32,000 nucleotides of DNA from Candidatus Nanosynbacter lyticus (GTDB lineage Bacteria; Patescibacteriota; Saccharimonadia; Saccharimonadales; Saccharimonadaceae). The notes below the pieces were generated by a model, which made no database searches, was not told the origin of the DNA, and saw nothing but the letters and a program-made list of their open reading frames with translations. The stretch is from contig NZ_CP007496.1 of NCBI RefSeq assembly GCF_000803625.1, forward strand, positions 150,001 through 182,000. The letters are read 5' to 3'. Below are positions 26,344 to 32,000 of this stretch, piece by piece; within the stretch, counting starts at the first letter, position 1, and each line of letters starts with the position of its first letter. The position numbers and the translations under genes are program-made.

Positions 26344-26434
26344 CAGATAGACTTCATTAAGACTAGATAGAACACTATATTTAGTGTAGTTTATAAGACT
26401 AATACCGCTATATGTAATAGAGGAGGAGATTTTT

Positions 26435-26890
26435 ATGAAAAAAACTTACCAGATTACCGAAACTGGAAAAGCTGACTTGGAAGTCGAGCTAGCGGAGCTA
26501 AAAGGTCGCCGTGGTGAAATTGCTGAAAAAATTGCGGTAGCGCGAGATTTTGGCGATTTAAGTGAGAACGCAGAATATGACGCTGCGCGTGAAGAGCAGG
26601 GCTTGGTGGAGACACGGATTTTAGAGATTGAGGATATTTTGCAGAATGCTGAAATCATTAAATCAAGCGGCACTTCAAGTGTTGGCTTGGGCAGTACGGT
26701 TGAATTGCAGTGTCCAGAAAGAACCGTGTCCTATACGGTGGTTGGTCCGGTTGAGGCTGATCCATTGGCAGGAAGAATTTCTGATCAATCACCAATTGGT
26801 AAAGAGCTAATTGGTAAGAAAATTGGTGATGAAGTAACGATTAAAACCCCCAAAGCGGAAATCACTTACGTTGTTAAGTCCATCTCTTAA
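26435..26890 (+). CDS. greA: Transcription elongation factor GreA
   Basis: ITETGKADLEVELAELKGRRGEIAEKIAVARDFGDLSENAEYDAAREEQ; SD AGAGGAGGAG. Confidence 0.96.
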   Translation: MKKTYQITETGKADLEVELAELKGRRGEIAEKIAVARDFGDLSENAEYDAAREEQGLVETRILEIEDILQNAEIIKSSGTSSVGLGSTVELQCPERTVSYTVVGPVEADPLAGRISDQSPIGKELIGKKIGDEVTIKTPKAEITYVVKSIS

Positions 26891-26917
26891 GCCCTCTAAA
26901 ATAATTTACAGATAATG

Positions 26918-26926
26918 TGCTATAAT
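26918..26926 (+). promoter_or_regulatory. Extended -10 promoter TGC-TATAAT for lysS, near-leaderless
   Basis: TGCTATAAT 26918-26926, ATG 26937, no SD. Confidence 0.65.
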
Positions 26927-26936
26927 TATCTCTGTT

Positions 26937-28439
26937 ATGGCCACACTTCAAGATTATCGAAATGAACGATTAAGAAAATTAGAGACATTACGCCAATTGG
27001 GCGTTGATCCGTATCCAGCAAAGTCGGAGCGGACGCATGGTTGCGGCGAGGTTTTGGCACGGTATGATGAATTGGCGGGTCAAGAAGTGGTGGTCGCAGG
27101 GCGTATCGTTTCAATTCGCAGCTTTGGTAAGCTGGCGTTCATCAAACTGCGCGACCAGTCTGGTGAAGTACAGTTATATTTGCAGCGCGATGATGTGGCG
27201 GAATTGGACGCTAGCCGCGGCATATTGGGCATGAAACAACTGAAGCTTCTGGATACGGGTGATTTTGTCGAGGCACGCGGGGTGATGACGACGACGCAGA
27301 CTGGCGAAAAGTCGGTTGGCGTACATGAGCTAAGGCTACTGACCAAATCGCTCAGGCCGATGCCTGAAAAACTAGAGAACAAAGAAGAGCGTTTCCGCCG
27401 CCGCTATGTTGATATGAACGTCAATCCAGAGGTGCGCCTGCGGTTTATTCGTCGCAGTAAGTTTTGGCGGGCGACACGTGATTATCTGAACCAGCATGGC
27501 TTTACTGAGGTGAATGTACCGGTATTGGAACACACCACCGGCGGCGCTGATGCTAATCCGTTTGTGACGCATATGGACGCGCTGGATAATCAGCAGTTTT
27601 ACTTGCGTATTTCTCACGAGCTGCCGCTGAAGCGGTTGATTGGTGCTGGGTTTGAGAAGGTGTATGACCTCGGGCCGCGTTTTCGCAATGAGAATTATTC
27701 AGACGAGCATTTGCCAGAGCACATCGCCATGGAGTGGTACGCCGCGTATTGGGACTGGCGAGCTGGCATGCGTTTCATGGAAGATATGTATAAATATGTT
27801 CTGCAGGAAACGTTTGGTACGCTGCAATTTCAGCTGGGTAAATTTAATATTGATATGAGTGGTGAGTGGGAAGTTTGGGATTATGCTGAAGTTATTCGTA
27901 AGCACTATGGGATTGACGTGTACGATACGACGATTGACGAGGTGGCCGCCAAGTTGAAGGAGCATGGTTTAGAGGTTGAAAAGACTGATTCCATTCCGCG
28001 TGGTATTGATAAATTATGGAAGAATATTCGTAAAGATGTAGCGGGGCCGGTGTGGTTGGTGAATACGCCGAAGTTTATCAGCCCGCTGTCTAAAACCAAC
28101 CCTGAAAATCCGCAGACAGTGGAGCGTTTCCAGCCGGTAATCGCTGGGTCGGAATTGGGCAATGGCTTTTCGGAGTTGAATGACCCGATTGACCAGCTGA
28201 ACCGCTTTGTTGAGCAGCAACAGATGCGCGATGCGGGCGATGACGAGGCGATGATGTTGGACATCGACTATGTGGAGATGTTGGAGTACGGTATGCCGCC
28301 AGCTTGCGGTTGGGGTTACTCTGAGCGGGTGTTTTGGATTTTTGAAGGCGTGACGGCGCGCGAAGGTGTGCCATTCCCACAGCTACGTCATGAGATTGAT
28401 GAGACGACGCGAGCGATCTACCCGCAGGTGAAGTTGTAA
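26937..28439 (+). CDS. lysS: Lysyl-tRNA synthetase (class II)
   Basis: RNERLRKLETLRQLGVDPYP, RFRRRYVDMNVNPEVRLRFIRRSKFWRATRDYL, FYLRISHELPLKRLIGAGFEKVYDLGPRFRNENYSDEHLPEH. Confidence 0.97.
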   Translation: MATLQDYRNERLRKLETLRQLGVDPYPAKSERTHGCGEVLARYDELAGQEVVVAGRIVSIRSFGKLAFIKLRDQSGEVQLYLQRDDVAELDASRGILGMKQLKLLDTGDFVEARGVMTTTQTGEKSVGVHELRLLTKSLRPMPEKLENKEERFRRRYVDMNVNPEVRLRFIRRSKFWRATRDYLNQHGFTEVNVPVLEHTTGGADANPFVTHMDALDNQQFYLRISHELPLKRLIGAGFEKVYDLGPRFRNENYSDEHLPEHIAMEWYAAYWDWRAGMRFMEDMYKYVLQETFGTLQFQLGKFNIDMSGEWEVWDYAEVIRKHYGIDVYDTTIDEVAAKLKEHGLEVEKTDSIPRGIDKLWKNIRKDVAGPVWLVNTPKFISPLSKTNPENPQTVERFQPVIAGSELGNGFSELNDPIDQLNRFVEQQQMRDAGDDEAMMLDIDYVEMLEYGMPPACGWGYSERVFWIFEGVTAREGVPFPQLRHEIDETTRAIYPQVKL

Positions 28440-28467
28440 TTGTAGTGTGATTTTAGTTTGTTATAAT
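28440..28467 (+). promoter_or_regulatory. Promoter for the DUF2207 gene, leaderless architecture
   Basis: TTGTAG (28440-28445)-N16 ending TGT-TATAAT (28462-28467), then 6 nt to ATG 28474. Confidence 0.75.
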
Positions 28468-28473
28468 TAGAGT

Positions 28474-30228
28474 ATGAAGCGATTTATATTGGGGATACTA
28501 ATCGCTGGATCTCTGTTGGTTGGATCTGGCCAGGCGGCGTTTGCGGCACAGGCGGACAATTTTACTATCACTAAATTTGACGCAGAGTATTCGCTAGGTC
28601 GCGACAGCGAAAATCGTTCAGCCTTGGCGGCAACGTGGCGAATTACTGCTCATTTTCCGCCTAACCAAAACCGCGGCATTGTGCCAATATTTGTGAAGAA
28701 GTATGATAATCATCCGACGAACTTTTCGTTGCAGTCGGTGACTGATGGACAGGGTGTGTCGCTGGATCATACATGGAACGGCGACGAGTTACGAATTGGC
28801 AAGAAAGACGTTTACGTTCAGGGTGAAAAAACCTACGTCATCAAGTTCACCCAGCGTGATGTGACTAAGCATTATGACAATACGGGGCGTGATGAGTTCT
28901 ACTGGGACGTCATCGGCAATGAGTGGCGCGTGCCGATGCAAAATGTACGCGTGTCTGTAAAATTTGACGAGTCACTTCAGGCGGCGCGAGCGGGTGAAGC
29001 GTTTTGTTATACTGGTGCGCATGGTTCAACTAAGCGGTGTAATATCAGCGGTGATAAGGGCGAAATTGTGACAAATGTGAGCCGCCTGAATCGCCGTGAA
29101 GGCATAACGATGGCAGTCGGCTTTACTAGCGGTACATTTACTGGATATCAAGAGACGCTGAGTGAAAAGTTGCTAAAAATTTGGGCAATGGTGCAGACGA
29201 TAGCAAGTAGTTTGGCGGTTATATTGATGTTGTTATTGGGTTGGCGTTATAAGCGTTTATTTGGCAGACATAATGAGCTTAAGCCAATTCCGCCAGAGTA
29301 TTTGCCGCCAAAACAGGCGAGTGTGATGATATCAACATATATTTTGAAAAGGTATGATCTCTTTATAGTTAAAGGTTCGGCCAAGGTGGCGCAGTTGTTG
29401 GATTTAGCGGTGCGGCATTATATCAAATTGTACGAAGTGAAAAAGGCGTCATTTTTGCGGTCGGCGCAGTATGAAATTGAAATTGTCAAAGATTTGACAG
29501 AGCTGAGGCCTGAAGAGTCTGAAGTTATTCGGGACATGTTTGGCGAGTCGATGCCAAAACCAGGTCAGCGGCTAAATCTGAAAAAGCTACAGAATAATTT
29601 GTCGTATGCGGCGCGAACAGGTGATGATGATAATAATTTGAAGAGTTTGGCTCGCGGTAAGTATGCTTTGTGTGAGCAAAAACCAGAAAATAAGCGAATT
29701 GTACAGAAGTGGGCTTTGTGGGTTTTTGTTATCAGTGTATTGTTGCTGTCACCGATGCTACTGATCGTGGCGGGGATAGTGTTTGCTTTGTCATTTGGCT
29801 GGTCGCTGACTGACGAGGGCTTGGTACTCAGGCGGTATTTGGCAGGACTTAAAATGTACATTGGCGTGGCTGAAGCTGAGCGTTTACAGATGCTACAAAG
29901 TCCTGAGGGTGCGGAAAAAGTGAAGATTAATACGGCTGATGAGCGGCAATTGGTGAAGTTGTATGAGAGAATCTTGCCATACGCGGTGCTGTTTGGACAG
30001 GAAAAAGAGTGGAGTAAGCAGTTGGGAAAGTACTATGAGCAAGTTGGTGAGCAGCCAGATTGGTACAGTGGTCAGGGCGCGTTCAATGCGGCGGCATTTG
30101 CGGCTGGGATGAATAGTCTGTCAAGCGTGGCCAGTAGCGCCAGCGACTATTCATCGACCTCTGGTGGTTCGACTGGTGGTGGCTTCGCTGGTGGTGGCGG
30201 AGGCGGTGGCGGAGGCGGCGGCTGGTAA
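28474..30228 (+). CDS. DUF2207-type exported membrane protein with poly-glycine C-terminus
   Basis: Signal peptide, N-terminal extracellular beta domain (ITAHFPPNQNRGIVPIF), two TM regions, C-terminal GGGFAGGGGGGGGGGGW typical of DUF2207 proteins. Confidence 0.82.
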   Translation: MKRFILGILIAGSLLVGSGQAAFAAQADNFTITKFDAEYSLGRDSENRSALAATWRITAHFPPNQNRGIVPIFVKKYDNHPTNFSLQSVTDGQGVSLDHTWNGDELRIGKKDVYVQGEKTYVIKFTQRDVTKHYDNTGRDEFYWDVIGNEWRVPMQNVRVSVKFDESLQAARAGEAFCYTGAHGSTKRCNISGDKGEIVTNVSRLNRREGITMAVGFTSGTFTGYQETLSEKLLKIWAMVQTIASSLAVILMLLLGWRYKRLFGRHNELKPIPPEYLPPKQASVMISTYILKRYDLFIVKGSAKVAQLLDLAVRHYIKLYEVKKASFLRSAQYEIEIVKDLTELRPEESEVIRDMFGESMPKPGQRLNLKKLQNNLSYAARTGDDDNNLKSLARGKYALCEQKPENKRIVQKWALWVFVISVLLLSPMLLIVAGIVFALSFGWSLTDEGLVLRRYLAGLKMYIGVAEAERLQMLQSPEGAEKVKINTADERQLVKLYERILPYAVLFGQEKEWSKQLGKYYEQVGEQPDWYSGQGAFNAAAFAAGMNSLSSVASSASDYSSTSGGSTGGGFAGGGGGGGGGGGW

Positions 30229-30231
30229 GTT

Positions 30232-31185
30232 ATGTCTGATATTTTACTGTGGTTGATGGCCGTTTTACTATTGGCATTATCTGGGATATTTTCGGGCCTG
30301 AATATTGGCTTGATGATGGCGCGACCAGACGACTTAAAGCGAAAGGCTGGGCAGGGTGATGAGATTGCTAAGCGAGTCTATCGCTACCGTAAGGATGGCT
30401 ACTATTTGATATTTTGTATTTTGCTGGGCAATGTCGGTGTAAATACGGCGATGTCAATTTTGCTGGGTAATATGACTAACGGCGTGGTTGGCGGGTTGAT
30501 TGCCACATTACTGATCACTATGTTTGGCGAGATTTTGCCGCAAGCGATTTTTACGCAGCGCGGTTATCGTTTCGTGCGGTATTTCTTCTGGCTGCTTAAT
30601 GTAATTTATGTGCTATTTTGGCCACTGGCTCGGCCGATGTCGAAATTGCTAAATCATTGGCTAGGTAAAGAGACGCCTCAGCTTTATTCTCACCAGGAGC
30701 TGGAGGAAATTATTCATGAACATGCTGAGCGTTCGGATAGCCCAGTCGATTATGATGAAAGTCGAATCGCGGCGGGAGCGCTGCAGTTTAGTAAAAAGAC
30801 GGCTGGTGATTTGGTAACGCCGATGAGTGAGGTGTTTACTGTGAATCTGGATGATGAGCTGGACGCGACACTACTAGCGCGAATTAAACATGCTGGGCAT
30901 TCGCGGATCCCGGTGTGTGATGATGAGCGGCTGGTAGGGATTTTGTATGTCAAAGATGTAGTGGGGCGTGAGCTGCCACTGCCAGTCAGTCAATTGTACC
31001 GAGACAAGATTCACGACATCGATGCACGGTCGCGGCTGGATACGGTGCTTAGTCGATTCATCCAAACCCGCAATCACTTGTTTGTGGTAATGGATAATGA
31101 AACGGAACTGGGAATTATTACACTGGAAGATGTGATTGAGGAGATTTTGGATCAGGAGATTGAGGATGAATATGACGAGGAGTAG
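30232..31185 (+). CDS. CNNM/DUF21 membrane protein with CBS pair (hemolysin-C/CorC-like cation transporter family)
   Basis: SGIFSGLNIGLMMARPDDLKRKA, LLGNVGVNTAMSILLGNMTNG, LITMFGEILPQAIFTQRG; CBS segments FVTP-like DLVTPMSEVFTV, LFVVMDNETELGIITLEDVIEEILDQEIEDEYD. Confidence 0.9.
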   Translation: MSDILLWLMAVLLLALSGIFSGLNIGLMMARPDDLKRKAGQGDEIAKRVYRYRKDGYYLIFCILLGNVGVNTAMSILLGNMTNGVVGGLIATLLITMFGEILPQAIFTQRGYRFVRYFFWLLNVIYVLFWPLARPMSKLLNHWLGKETPQLYSHQELEEIIHEHAERSDSPVDYDESRIAAGALQFSKKTAGDLVTPMSEVFTVNLDDELDATLLARIKHAGHSRIPVCDDERLVGILYVKDVVGRELPLPVSQLYRDKIHDIDARSRLDTVLSRFIQTRNHLFVVMDNETELGIITLEDVIEEILDQEIEDEYDEE

Positions 31186-31205
31186 GACGTTCGGATTCTG
31201 TTTCG

Positions 31206-31214
31206 TGGTATACT
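31206..31214 (+). promoter_or_regulatory. Extended -10 promoter TGG-TATACT for the 31260 gene
   Basis: TGGTATACT 31206-31214. Confidence 0.55.
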
Positions 31215-31259
31215 AAAAGATAATTTTAATAATAAAGGTGGTGGGTAGGGAGATTATAT

Positions 31260-31868
31260 ATGTCTAGGATAGGCTATGAAGGAGAGGGTGTTCCTGATCA
31301 CCTACAAAATAAGACCATTGAAACGATGTTTCCCGACACACTTTACGTGCCGGCTGTCGATTCTTTTACAGACATGAATGAGATATTTTATATTGATAAA
31401 AATCAAGCTAGTGGTTTGGGTAGGTTGGTTGTCGATGGTAGGCAGGATCTAAGATTGGTCGAGTCGGACGATTCGTTGGATGAGATGGTTGTATTGATGA
31501 AGGTGTGGGTGCAGGACAGTAAAGGGGAATTGCGCGAATATATTATTGCGGATTGCCGATATTGTGATGATCAATTTGACTTGATTGGTGATGATTCGGA
31601 AGTTGACTTTACTGACCAGGAAACCGCTTGGGGTGAGATTGACTATATGCAACATCGGGTTACAGTTTCTGCGGTAATTGACAATATAGATAAGGGAAAA
31701 ATTGGAGTTTGGGGCGATCCAGATCTTTATGATACTGCAATACACATGGCAAGGGTGGTGGACGAAGCGGTTAGTGGTCGCGACCGTGCTGCGATTTCGG
31801 AGGTTTCTGGAAAAGAGGATGGTACTAGTCAGCTAAAGTTAAGAACGAGGGATTCGCAGCAGGATTAG
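31260..31868 (+). CDS. Hypothetical acidic protein, 202 aa
   Basis: Long open frame in the gap with its own promoter-like signal; no family recognised. Confidence 0.7.
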   Translation: MSRIGYEGEGVPDHLQNKTIETMFPDTLYVPAVDSFTDMNEIFYIDKNQASGLGRLVVDGRQDLRLVESDDSLDEMVVLMKVWVQDSKGELREYIIADCRYCDDQFDLIGDDSEVDFTDQETAWGEIDYMQHRVTVSAVIDNIDKGKIGVWGDPDLYDTAIHMARVVDEAVSGRDRAAISEVSGKEDGTSQLKLRTRDSQQD

Positions 31869-31896
31869 TTTGCGATGTGTCAATTAAAATTAGTTT

Positions 31897-31941
31897 AGGT
31901 ACTTGACTATTTACAGTACCTTGTATAACATAGTACTATGT
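31897..31941 (+). promoter_or_regulatory. Promoter region with two dyad-symmetric candidate operators
   Basis: AGGTACT (31897-31903)-N11-AGTACCT (31915-31921) overlaps TTGACT (31903-31908); perfect 14-bp palindrome ACATAGTACTATGT (31928-31941) abuts TATAAC (31924-31929). Confidence 0.65.
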
Positions 31942-31966
31942 ATAGCAAAACTATAAGGAGCGTAGT

Positions 31967-32000
31967 ATGAGAAGAATAGATATTATTAAGCGAGCCGGGC
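31967..32000 (+). CDS. Start of a gene truncated by the window edge (MRRIDIIKRAG...)
   Basis: ATG at 31967 preceded by AAGGAG SD; frame open to the edge. Confidence 0.7.
   Translation, partial: MRRIDIIKRAG

Noticed and set aside
30120-30226. GGT/GGC-rich repetitive tract, considered as a microsatellite or mobile repeat
   Set aside because: It is in frame and encodes the poly-Gly tail typical of DUF2207-type proteins.
1-32000. CRISPR arrays, transposases, integrases, toxin-antitoxin or restriction systems, tRNA or rRNA genes
   Set aside because: No regularly spaced repeats, IS-like inverted repeats, characteristic motifs or cloverleaf sequences were seen; the window is mostly housekeeping and envelope genes.

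Overview
The window is a compact, almost fully coding stretch of a small-genome bacterium. Gene content and style suggest candidate phylum Saccharibacteria/TM7 (inference, not tested). Contents: (i) a 5'-truncated cluster of exported proteins, with two paralogous WxL-like surface proteins, a short membrane-anchored exported protein and a DUF916/WxL-interaction-like membrane protein; (ii) ileS behind a well-supported T-box leader; (iii) galU-like, rplU and parAB; (iv) divergent lepB / LCP-family genes, an FUSC-like membrane protein and an HtrA protease; (v) prmC, prfA, ung and rpmE2; (vi) a reduced version of the widely conserved rpsB-tsf-(pyrH)-frr-uppS-(cdsA-dxr)-rseP-proS block, with recF convergent; (vii) greA, lysS, a DUF2207 protein, a CNNM/CBS protein, several orphan genes, and a palindrome-rich promoter leading into a gene cut by the right edge. 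The most striking non-coding signals are the ileS T-box, a recurring extended -10 promoter (TGN-TATAAT) before at least 16 genes, and about 10 genes whose -10 box sits so close to the start codon that the mRNA would be leaderless or have a 5'UTR of 4 nt or less. I saw no CRISPR array, transposon, tRNA or rRNA. The best candidate for an under-described system is the WxL-like surface locus. All calls were made by eye, without database searches.
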